Below are positions 19,496 to 27,099 of a DNA stretch of 64,000 bases, in pieces. Source of the stretch: Candidatus Micrarchaeia archaeon (GTDB lineage Archaea > Micrarchaeota > Micrarchaeia > Burarchaeales > Fermentimicrarchaeaceae); contig JAVZHX010000002.1 of assembly GCA_038871515.1 (NCBI GenBank), positions 141,815 to 205,814 on the forward strand, written 5' to 3'. The notes below the pieces were generated by a model. The model saw only the letters and a program-made list of their open reading frames with translations. It had not been told where the DNA came from and made no database searches. The position numbers were made by a program, and so were the translations under genes. Every line of letters starts with the position of its first letter. Positions within the stretch are counted from its first letter, which is position 1.

Positions 19496-20202
19496 ATGGA
19501 TATGTTGTTCATCCTCACCTCATTCAAAAACAATCTAGCATCAAGCTTCTCAATTGCTCTTATTGCAAGCTCATCCTTTTCTTTTGCGCTCTGCGCATCC
19601 TCAAAGTGAGTGAAATCTGAACTTGCGATTACCAAAACTTCTCTCTTTGCAGCTTGCGATGCTTTTATAATTGCCCTTGCGATATCATCTGCAACTTCAT
19701 AATCGCCCAAACCAATGCAGATTGGAACTGCTTTCACTTTTTTGTATAAAAACTGCAGGAAGGGAAGTTGAACCTCTGCTGAGTGCTCTCCATCATGCGC
19801 AACCTCATCAAAATCAACTACTCTGGAGTTTTTCTGAATTAACTTTCCAAGTTCAACATCATTCTCAACAACTCCAAGAGGAGTTTCCCAATCCTCTGTG
19901 GAAAGTGCAACCCCGCTTCCCCTTCCAGTGTGATTTGGGCAGAGTATGATGAAAGTTGGTGGTTTTGAGAAGTTTTCTGCGATTTCGCTGTAAGCGTAGG
20001 AAGCAACCCAGCCAGAATATACATAGCCGGCATGAGGTGATATGACTGCAAGTAGATTTTTCTTATCACCGAATTTTGGAAGTCCTGCTCCTCTCTTGAA
20101 ACACTCCTCAACCTCCTTTCTTAATCTCTCTTCTCCTGCTGGGTAGAAAGAACCTGCAACCGAAGGATAACGCATTTTACCACCATTAATTATACTGAGC
20201 AC
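19345..20202 (-). CDS. MEMO1-family protein (AmmeMemoRadiSam system protein B-like)
   Basis: MRYPSVAGSFYP N-terminus, ISPHAGYVYSG, and metal-site His/Asp pattern of the Memo/extradiol-dioxygenase-like fold. Probable start at MRYPS (about 20175). Confidence 0.75.
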   Translation of the reverse strand: MLSIINGGKMRYPSVAGSFYPAGEERLRKEVEECFKRGAGLPKFGDKKNLLAVISPHAGYVYSGWVASYAYSEIAENFSKPPTFIILCPNHTGRGSGVALSTEDWETPLGVVENDVELGKLIQKNSRVVDFDEVAHDGEHSAEVQLPFLQFLYKKVKAVPICIGLGDYEVADDIARAIIKASQAAKREVLVIASSDFTHFEDAQSAKEKDELAIRAIEKLDARLFLNEVRMNNISICGYAPIMATIIYSKLNGGKEAKVLKYANSGDVTKDYGEVVAYCSVAFPE

Positions 20203-20210
20203 TTATAAAT

Positions 20211-20660
20211 TCATTCACGAGGCTTGAACTGAGTTATTCTTTCAAAATCATCTTTCAATGGTTTCTGCTTGAGCAACTTCTTCATAGCTCTGCTTTGCTC
20301 ATCAAGATCAAATGCAAAATTTATAAACCAGCCCCCTCCATCATCAGATACTTTATCAGTTATCACGATTGACTTCTTCTCCTCAAGGAACGCGGAGTAA
20401 GAAGTTTTGGGAGTTTGAATTTCCTTAACCCTTAATGTTTTTGGGTTGAAGATAAGTTCAACTTTTCCCTCGTAATGAAGGGAATTGTCCTTATCTTTAA
20501 TTTCATTTGAGAATTTCTTCACAACCCTTATCTCATTCGGCGTTATGTGTATCTCGTGGATGGATGGGTTTCCTTCCCTTGCTTTGTACACTCCCGGAGC
20601 TTCCCTGAAAAGCACCCCTCCATTAACCCTTGCTCCCTCCTCCTTCATTTTGAGATGCAT
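20211..20660 (-). CDS. hypothetical protein (149 aa)
   Basis: Compact ORF with good coding periodicity. No motif. Confidence 0.4.
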   Translation of the reverse strand: MHLKMKEEGARVNGGVLFREAPGVYKAREGNPSIHEIHITPNEIRVVKKFSNEIKDKDNSLHYEGKVELIFNPKTLRVKEIQTPKTSYSAFLEEKKSIVITDKVSDDGGGWFINFAFDLDEQSRAMKKLLKQKPLKDDFERITQFKPRE

Positions 20661-20734
20661 AAGAGATTTATGTTGAAGGAGGTAAAAATAGTTATGGTTA
20701 AAAAGTTAAACCTCCACAATTTATTGGTGGTGAA

Positions 20735-21121
20735 ATGCAGAAAGAGATGGAACTGAACCTTGGGAGAACAGAGCCGTACGTGCTGCAGAAAATTCCAAAG
20801 GAAGTTCAAGGGAGGGTTCAGCATATAGAGAAAGTTGGGGAGATGCTGCTTGAGGAGCCGTTGAAAACGATAAGGGTTAAGGGGTATGCGGTGCTGTTCA
20901 ATTTGGAGGATGGGAGAGGGGCTGCCTCGCTTGTGATAATTGATGGGCTTGGGAGAAGGTTTCTTGGAAAGACACCCGTTCTGGAGGGATGCAACCCTGC
21001 GGAGGGGGTAAGGTTCTGCAGGGAGGAGTGGGAGAAGCTTCAGAAAAATCCAGAGAAGTTAAACACTGATTCAAGGTTTTGGGAAAGGGTGGGAAGCGGC
21101 TGGCCGGTGATAACGCGCTAG
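20735..21121 (+). CDS. hypothetical protein (128 aa)
   Basis: ORF immediately upstream of kinase gene. No motif. Confidence 0.35.
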   Translation: MQKEMELNLGRTEPYVLQKIPKEVQGRVQHIEKVGEMLLEEPLKTIRVKGYAVLFNLEDGRGAASLVIIDGLGRRFLGKTPVLEGCNPAEGVRFCREEWEKLQKNPEKLNTDSRFWERVGSGWPVITR

Positions 21122-21693
21122 TATTTATTTACTCCCTCCCTTATTCTTTTATGCGAGTTGTATTGACAGGAGTGCCAGGAACGGGTAAAACTGCAATTGC
21201 TTCTGCTTTATCCAAAAAAGGTTTTGAGGTTATCTCGCTTAATGAAGTTGTTGAAAAAAAGAAGCTTTGGAGAGAGGTTGATGAGTTTGGAAGCAGAATT
21301 GTGAATTTAAAGAAGCTTGAGAGAGAGACAAACAAAATTTTGAAGGGAAAAAAGAAATGTGTTGTTGAGGGGCATCTTGCATGCGAGATAAAGCTGAACT
21401 GCGATGTTGCGGTTGTGTGCAGGACAAAACCATCGTTGCTTGAAAAAAGATTGAGAGAGCGCGGTTACCCCGAAAGGAAGGTGAATGAAAACCTGATGTG
21501 CGAGCTGCTTGATTACTGCACTGTTCTAAGCTTAAAAAATTATAGGAGAGTTTATGAGATAAGAAGTGAGGGAAGGGTGGGGAAAAGTGTTAGAAAGATT
21601 ATGAGGATAATTGAGGGAAAAGGCGAGAGGTTCAGAGCTGGTTGGGTGAGGTGGAGGAGGGAATTGGAGAGAGCTGCAACGAAGACAAAGTAG
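21079..21693 (+). CDS. P-loop nucleoside/adenylate kinase (Fap7/AK6-like)
   Basis: MRVVLTGVPGTGKTAIASAL Walker A at the very N-terminus of an approximately 180-aa protein (start probably at 21151). Size and motif placement match archaeal AK6/Fap7-type kinases. Confidence 0.5.
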   Translation: MGKGGKRLAGDNALVFIYSLPYSFMRVVLTGVPGTGKTAIASALSKKGFEVISLNEVVEKKKLWREVDEFGSRIVNLKKLERETNKILKGKKKCVVEGHLACEIKLNCDVAVVCRTKPSLLEKRLRERGYPERKVNENLMCELLDYCTVLSLKNYRRVYEIRSEGRVGKSVRKIMRIIEGKGERFRAGWVRWRRELERAATKTK

Positions 21694-21728
21694 TGGGTTT
21701 AAAAAGTAAAAAATGCATAATTTAGTGG

Positions 21729-22661
21729 GTGATGCTTATGGCCGGAGCAGTTGTAGAGGCTAGACCAAGCCTTATTGGGTCAACAATCTGCGGAGAGAAA
21801 ATTGAGCCACGTGAGAGGATAAAGGAGGATGGGAGCAGGGAAACCGTAAGCCCGATTTTCATGACGGGTAAGGAACTTGTTGTGAAAACAACCTTTTTCA
21901 CAGCGGTGTTCTCTCTGGATGGCAAAAGAAGTCTGGAGGGACCAGCTATAATGAAGGATAAATTTTCTGCCCAGTCAACATTTGCCCTGTTTAAAGCTGG
22001 TGATGAGTTGGGAGTGAAAATCACCTCAGAGAAGCCCAGAAAAGAGAGGTTGTTTGTTGAGGTGGATGGCAACAACGTGAATTACCGGCTTGGAGGACAC
22101 CCTAACGTTATATTCACCAACAACGGTGAAAAAGGCAGACTCGGTGATCCGTACATCAAGATAATCCCTACTCTCATTCCGAAACTTGGCGGGGAGCTGG
22201 GAGATGAAATAAGGAAGGAGCATAAAAACGCAAGCGAAATGTACTTGGCAGTGGCGAAGAAGCTTCAGGAGAAAAACCCTGATAAGGGGTATGCTGAAGG
22301 TTCTGGTGCGGATGTGGGAATGAACTTTATGAAAGAAAAAATTTTTGTGAAGATGGATGCGAATGGAAGAATAAGTGAGTTTGGGAGAGTAGATCAGAAG
22401 GATAGATTTTCTTTCTATATAACGGATAATGGTGGTGTCGGTGTTATGATAAAGCCACAGGATATCAAGAACCTCACTAGAGAGCTTGGGGATACGGAAA
22501 CAGGAGTTGGGGTAGGGATGGCGTATGGTAACATTCCGTATTATTTGCCGAAGGTGCAGTACTTCATAACTGAACTTGAAAGGTTGAGCGGGCACAGAGA
22601 GGTAGTTGAATTCATCGAAAGCGGAGGTAAACCTCCATTCCCAAAACAGACTCTCGCATAG
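21729..22661 (+). CDS. hypothetical protein (310 aa)
   Basis: Long ORF with good coding statistics. The antisense 22026..22691 ORF is rejected as its shadow. Confidence 0.45.
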   Translation: MMLMAGAVVEARPSLIGSTICGEKIEPRERIKEDGSRETVSPIFMTGKELVVKTTFFTAVFSLDGKRSLEGPAIMKDKFSAQSTFALFKAGDELGVKITSEKPRKERLFVEVDGNNVNYRLGGHPNVIFTNNGEKGRLGDPYIKIIPTLIPKLGGELGDEIRKEHKNASEMYLAVAKKLQEKNPDKGYAEGSGADVGMNFMKEKIFVKMDANGRISEFGRVDQKDRFSFYITDNGGVGVMIKPQDIKNLTRELGDTETGVGVGMAYGNIPYYLPKVQYFITELERLSGHREVVEFIESGGKPPFPKQTLA

Positions 22662-22731
22662 TTCAAATGAACTTTTATCGGTAAAGCACACGATAATCTA
22701 GCTTGAGCAACTTTCTTATAAATCCGAAAGG

Positions 22732-22739
22732 TATATAAA
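22732..22739 (+). promoter_or_regulatory. TATA box (tatataaa) with purine-rich BRE-like upstream (ccgaaagg)
   Basis: Canonical archaeal TATA sequence about 26 nt upstream of an ATG at 22758, consistent with a leaderless transcript start. Confidence 0.3.
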
Positions 22740-22876
22740 CTTTTATCAGTTAATCAAATGCAATTAACCTCACGAGGTGATTTTCTTGGACGAGGAGGAA
22801 GAAGAGGAGGAAGAGGAGGAGTGGGACGAGGAGGACCTTGAGGAGGAAGAGGAAGAGGAGGAAGAGGAGTAACTGA

Positions 22877-22895
22877 TTCTATTTTTTTCTTTTCT
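22877..22895 (+). terminator. oligo-T tract (ctattttttcttttctg)
   Basis: T-rich run directly after the stop of the small poly-Glu ORF. Archaeal terminators are oligo-T tracts. Confidence 0.25.
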
Positions 22896-24049
22896 GCTTT
22901 GCACATAAATTCACCTTCACTGGAAAGTTACTCTCCTTCCAGACATTTATAAAGGCAAACACGGACCTTGTATTATGCTTGTCTCAAAAACGTTGAAATG
23001 CGAGGTTTTCAATCCAACAAAAAAGAAACTTTCACTGCTTACTCAGGAATACCAGAACTTCCAGATTTACGTGAGAAGTGGAAAGAACTTTGGGGTCTAC
23101 TCTTTGACAAAGGCAACATTTGACTTCAAGTACGAAAAGAAAGCAAAGAAGAAAAAGCAACCAATGCCACTCCATAACCGATCAACAAAGTTCAAAATCA
23201 CAAACAACAAGCTCACTCCTTACTGGTTCCGAGTTCCTGTTTATGGAAAAAGAGGTGGGATCTGGCTTCCAATAAAACTACATGAAAACATAGATTCTTC
23301 CTGGGAAGTAAGGGAAGCAAAAGTATTCAAAAGAAAGAAGGACTTCTGGATTTACATAACAATAAGAAAGGAAGTTCATCTCAAGACTTCATACTCCTCC
23401 ATCCTTGCCTTGGATGTTGGTGAAAAAGTGATAGCGACAGCCGTGCTGTCCAGCAAACGTAAGCCAATTTTCCTGGGCAGGGAGGTGAGAGGGATTAGGA
23501 GGCATCACGCCTGGTTGAGAAAAAGATTGCAGAAAAGAAAGATATTCAAGAAACTAAAGGAGATGAGAGGGAAGGAAAGAAGAAGAGTTGAGTTGGTTCT
23601 GCATGAAGTGTCAAAATACGTTGTGGAGCTGGCAGAAAGGAATAATTCAATAATTGTTTTGGGTGAGTTGAACGGAATAAGAAAAAAGAATAAGGGAAAG
23701 AGGTTGAACAGGATAATCAACTCATTTCCATTCAAAAAACTCTCCTTCTTCATTGAATACAAAGCACATGTGAAGGGAATTGCGGTTATAAAAGTTAAAG
23801 AGGATTATACAAGCAAGACATGCAGCAGATGTGGGGAGGAAGGAAAAAGAATAAAACAGGGTTTGTTCAAATGCTCTCATTGTAAATACCAGGTGAATGC
23901 AGATTATAATGGTGCGATGAATATCCTGAAGAGGTCCAGAAGCTACATGCTTCCGGACGGGGCTGTTGCTTTCAGCCCAGAACCGCCGATGACTGAGAAG
24001 ACGAGGGCGGAAGCATATAATATTTAAATTTATGTGCAAAGCATCAGAA
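22891..24049 (+). mobile_element. stand-alone tnpB insertion element bracketed by about 22-bp inverted repeats
   Basis: Left tttctGCTTTGCACATAAATT (about 22891-22911) and right AATTTATGTGCAAAGCatcagaaa (about 24028-24049) are reverse complements (16-bp perfect core plus flanks with one indel). Only one gene (tnpB) inside, no tnpA. Confidence 0.5.
22975..24027 (+). CDS. tnpB: TnpB-family RNA-guided endonuclease (IS200/IS605 OrfB-like)
   Basis: RuvC-I ILALDVGEK, RuvC-II VLGELNGIRK, zinc finger CSRCGEEG...CSHCKYQ, RuvC-III NADYNGAMNI. Confidence 0.85.
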   Translation: MLVSKTLKCEVFNPTKKKLSLLTQEYQNFQIYVRSGKNFGVYSLTKATFDFKYEKKAKKKKQPMPLHNRSTKFKITNNKLTPYWFRVPVYGKRGGIWLPIKLHENIDSSWEVREAKVFKRKKDFWIYITIRKEVHLKTSYSSILALDVGEKVIATAVLSSKRKPIFLGREVRGIRRHHAWLRKRLQKRKIFKKLKEMRGKERRRVELVLHEVSKYVVELAERNNSIIVLGELNGIRKKNKGKRLNRIINSFPFKKLSFFIEYKAHVKGIAVIKVKEDYTSKTCSRCGEEGKRIKQGLFKCSHCKYQVNADYNGAMNILKRSRSYMLPDGAVAFSPEPPMTEKTRAEAYNI

Positions 24050-24286
24050 AAGTTTAAATATTCCGTTAACTAATCTAGTTTCACTGAAAAGAAATCAGCA
24101 TCTGTTGCAGAACAGGTGCAAGCCTGCGCTGGGCTTATCTTCAGGGCGTCATTGCTCTGGGATGAATGCAGCGTGAGTGGGTGAGGATAGTTTTTATGTT
24201 AGCGTAGCTTCTTTTACTTTTGAAGTTTTTTTTCTCTTTCTCCATCATTTTTTTCCTAGCGGTTTTTCCGCAAGTGAGGTGGTAGT

Positions 24287-24568
24287 ATGGCAGAACCACC
24301 GGAGTGCGGAGCCAGAGCGCACCTTGAGTTCCACTGCTTGGAGTGCGGGAGGAAAGTTGAGCAGTATGAAACTGCATTCTTCAACAGAAAGGTATGCAGC
24401 GACTGCTACAGAAGAAAAGAGGAGAGGAGGTGCGCGCGTTGCTTCAGGAAGCTTGAGAGCTGGCAGGTGAAACTGCTTGATGGATGGGAGTACTGCGAGC
24501 TCTGCTTCCTGATTCTCGAGCGCTCCGCGAGCAGGGGCGCTTGGGGAGAGCAGTTCGCGTTCAACTGA
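24287..24568 (+). CDS. small zinc-ribbon protein with four CxxC pairs
   Basis: CLECG, CSDC, CARC, CELC form two Zn-ribbon knuckle pairs in 93 aa. Local GC about 58% versus about 43% background. Confidence 0.4.
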   Translation: MAEPPECGARAHLEFHCLECGRKVEQYETAFFNRKVCSDCYRRKEERRCARCFRKLESWQVKLLDGWEYCELCFLILERSASRGAWGEQFAFN

Positions 24569-24662
24569 TTTTTCACGAGCTAAATTCCCCTAGCGTGAGC
24601 CCTGCAAGAAAGGAGGTGCAGAGCAGTTGCGATGACGCGCCCCTTAAAAAAGAGGTGATTGG

Positions 24663-24863
24663 ATGAGAAGGAGAAGTTTGGAGGAGGAAGAGGAGCTGTT
24701 GAGGAAGCACTGGGAGCATATGCAGGAGGAGGAAGAGGAGGTTGAGTACAGCGCAGCAGATGATGAGTACGGGGAGGACTGGGATGACGAGCTGTGGGAA
24801 GAGGAGGAAGAGCTGTGGGTTGAGGAGGAGGAAGTTGAGAGGAGGAAGCCGAAGAAGGAGTGA
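24663..24863 (+). CDS. small highly acidic Glu/Trp-rich protein
   Basis: 66-aa ORF, more than 50% Glu/Asp with interspersed Trp (EDWDDELWEEEEELWVEEEE) and basic tail RRKPKKE. Low-complexity, could be non-coding. Confidence 0.3.
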   Translation: MRRRSLEEEEELLRKHWEHMQEEEEEVEYSAADDEYGEDWDDELWEEEEELWVEEEEVERRKPKKE

Positions 24864-24917
24864 GGAAAAGGGGCGGGGTTACCAAGGTGTGCCTGAAATC
24901 CGAAGATTTCTTATACC

Positions 24918-26147
24918 TTGTGCCCCGCCCATCCTTCTTTGCTTCCCATCCTTTTTAAACTTTGGGGTGGGAGGATGTGGTTTGCAAACTTGTTTGGAAA
25001 AGAGGGGGTGAAAATTGGGGAGAGAAGAAGCGAGCTTTCCCTGACAAACAAATCGTACATAACAGAATACCATCCTCATGTTAGGGTGAAGCCAGTGATG
25101 AAATGGGAGTGGAGGAAAGCGAATGGCAAATACACAATTGACTTCAGCAAGGAAGCGAACCCACATGTGAATATAAGTGGGATGAGCGGGTTTGGGAAGT
25201 CAACTCTCTGCAAGAAGTTGATTGATGAAATAAGAGGGAAGCTGAAGCTGCCTGTTGCAATCTTTGATGTCCACTCGGAATACGTTGAGCTCACAAAACA
25301 GCTTAACGGTGAAGTTCACTCAGCAAAGGAGTCAAGCATAAACATGTGGGAGCTTGATGGAATGGCTCCTGCTGAGAGAATTGCGGAGAACGTTGGAATG
25401 CTGAAGAGAATTTTGAAGTTGGGTGACATACAGGCATACAGCTTGCTTGTATCAGCTGAGAAAGCATACGAAAGAAAGGGAATAATTCAAAGTGAAAAAA
25501 GCAGTTGGAGTAGAGAAGCGCCAACAATGCAGGATGTTTATGAGTGCGTGCTTGAGCACAATAAAAAGCAGGGATACGCTGGGCTGAGCAAGAGGCTTTA
25601 CCCTCTGCTGATGAGCAGTGTTTTTTCAGCAGAAACGTCTGTTTCATTCAAAAAAGTTTTGGATGGGTTGAATGACTTCAGCATGGCTGAGCTGAGAAGC
25701 AGCGAAGCGCAGGCAGTTTTCATAGAAACTTTTCTCAGAAAGCTCTACTCATACATGTTAAGCCAGAAGCTGGCGGATGAGACGAGATTATTTGTTGTGA
25801 TTGATGAGGCGCACAGGGTTTGCATAGCAGACGGAAGCGAGCTCTCCCTTCCAGGAAGGATTGTTTCAGAAGGAAGAAAGTATGGGGTGGGAGTGATAAC
25901 AAGCAACCAGATGGTTAAAAGTATAGACAGGGCGATTGTTGCAAACTCCGCTGTCACGTTTGCGTTCTACCAGAGGGAGCCAGAGGAGTTTGACTACGTG
26001 GCGAAACTGCTTGCAGGTGGAGAGGAGTATGAAAGAGAGGAAGCAGTGAGAAGTATGCTCAGAAACCTCAAGCAGTTCCAGTGCATTGCTTTAACTTCAA
26101 GAGAGAGAGAACCAACGGTTGTTGAAATTCCCTCCTGGAAAAATTAG
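24918..26147 (+). CDS. P-loop ATPase of the VirB4/VirD4/HerA (DUF87, AAA-like) superfamily
   Basis: Walker A ISGMSGFGKST followed by AIFDVHSEY (cf. iDpkGEY of T4SS ATPases). Walker B RLFVVIDEAHR. Probable start at MWFANLF (about 24975). Confidence 0.65.
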   Translation: MCPAHPSLLPILFKLWGGRMWFANLFGKEGVKIGERRSELSLTNKSYITEYHPHVRVKPVMKWEWRKANGKYTIDFSKEANPHVNISGMSGFGKSTLCKKLIDEIRGKLKLPVAIFDVHSEYVELTKQLNGEVHSAKESSINMWELDGMAPAERIAENVGMLKRILKLGDIQAYSLLVSAEKAYERKGIIQSEKSSWSREAPTMQDVYECVLEHNKKQGYAGLSKRLYPLLMSSVFSAETSVSFKKVLDGLNDFSMAELRSSEAQAVFIETFLRKLYSYMLSQKLADETRLFVVIDEAHRVCIADGSELSLPGRIVSEGRKYGVGVITSNQMVKSIDRAIVANSAVTFAFYQREPEEFDYVAKLLAGGEEYEREEAVRSMLRNLKQFQCIALTSREREPTVVEIPSWKN

Positions 26148-26638
26148 GCGAGCTTCCTCGCAGAAAGCTCTTTTTTTATTTTTTCAATTTCCTCCTGAAT
26201 TTCTGAGTGGTGATTTGAAATTATATTCTCAGCAAAATTCAAACCTTCCATTATCTCAGCATGCATCACTCTTTCTTCTTCCCTTCTGCTTCCCATCATC
26301 CTTGAGTGGGTTCTCATACCTTCTATGTAGAGATATGCTTTTGTGTCAACAATTGCTTTCACCTCATTTTCCTTCTGCTCAGGAGGAAGCTGCTTTCTTA
26401 ACTCCCTTATCTCTTTGGATGTTTTCTCAAGTTTATCATAAAGCTCAAGCACCCTGTCCATATCTTTTTTCAAAAGTTGAACTTCAAAAGGAGAGATTCT
26501 TCCCTCATTGAGTTTATTCTCATACTTCAGAACTTTCTTTTCAAGTGGAACAAGCTCCTTGCATACGTCAACTATTGATTTGTAGTGCTGAATGAATTTT
26601 TGATACGATTCCTCTTTTTCAAGTGTTTGAACGCTCAT
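26144..26638 (-). CDS. hypothetical coiled-coil protein (164 aa)
   Basis: Last gene of the long minus-strand array. Heptad-rich. Confidence 0.4.
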   Translation of the reverse strand: MSVQTLEKEESYQKFIQHYKSIVDVCKELVPLEKKVLKYENKLNEGRISPFEVQLLKKDMDRVLELYDKLEKTSKEIRELRKQLPPEQKENEVKAIVDTKAYLYIEGMRTHSRMMGSRREEERVMHAEIMEGLNFAENIISNHHSEIQEEIEKIKKELSARKLA

Positions 26639-26695
26639 GGAGGCACCATAGTGTATATAATCAGATAATATGAATAAACAAACATAAATACCTTT

Positions 26696-27094
26696 CTAAG
26701 AGGATGCGCCTGTGAGTTCAAGCAGTTCGCTCTCCCTTGCTGCTCTCAGAACTAAAAGCTCATCTGCTTTATCATTCAAGCCAAGCTGTTTAAAATCTGG
26801 TATAAGAATGTCAAGTATCTCAATTCCATTCCTTAATTCATCCGCAAGCATATTCTGGAGTTTTTTTCTTTCCTCCTCAAGTTTCTTTCTTTCCTCTCCG
26901 TCTTTTGTTTCCTCAAGCAGCAAGGAGTTCAGCTGAAGTTGGAATTTTAGTTTATTCAGTCTCAGCTCAGATATCTCAAATGCTTCGGCAGGTGAAGAAG
27001 GTGTTTTGAAAAAGAGAAGCATATCCGTATTTCTTATCAGCTTTCTCAGCTTTCTTTTCATAAGTTTGCGAATTGCTTCCTTTTGCATAGCCAC
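26696..27094 (-). CDS. hypothetical coiled-coil protein (132 aa)
   Basis: K/E/L-rich helical protein, 5 nt downstream of the giant coiled-coil gene. Confidence 0.4.
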   Translation of the reverse strand: MAMQKEAIRKLMKRKLRKLIRNTDMLLFFKTPSSPAEAFEISELRLNKLKFQLQLNSLLLEETKDGEERKKLEEERKKLQNMLADELRNGIEILDILIPDFKQLGLNDKADELLVLRAARESELLELTGASS

Positions 27095-27099
27095 TACCT

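Noticed and set aside
18785-20202. Possible frameshifted fusion of the 236-aa and 285-aa minus-strand ORFs (150-nt overlap)
   Set aside because: The downstream ORF has a good internal Met (MQKIHMHK) right after the Memo stop. Memo-like protein is complete at its normal length. No slippery site noted.
22026-22691. Minus-strand 221-aa ORF
   Set aside because: Fully antisense to the better-supported plus-strand 310-aa ORF (21729..22661). No motif, poor start context.
22891-24049. Interpreting the inverted repeats as classical transposase TIRs of a DDE element
   Set aside because: No DDE transposase gene is present. TnpB-only elements normally end in subterminal hairpins rather than TIRs, so the IRs are reported as an observation, not as proof of TIR-type transposition. 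Hand-indexed coordinates here may be off by 1-2 nt.
24141-24377. Minus-strand 78-aa ORF overlapping the zinc-ribbon ORF start
   Set aside because: Lies in the region expected to hold tnpB-element right-end/omegaRNA-related sequence and overlaps a more plausible plus-strand ORF. No motif.
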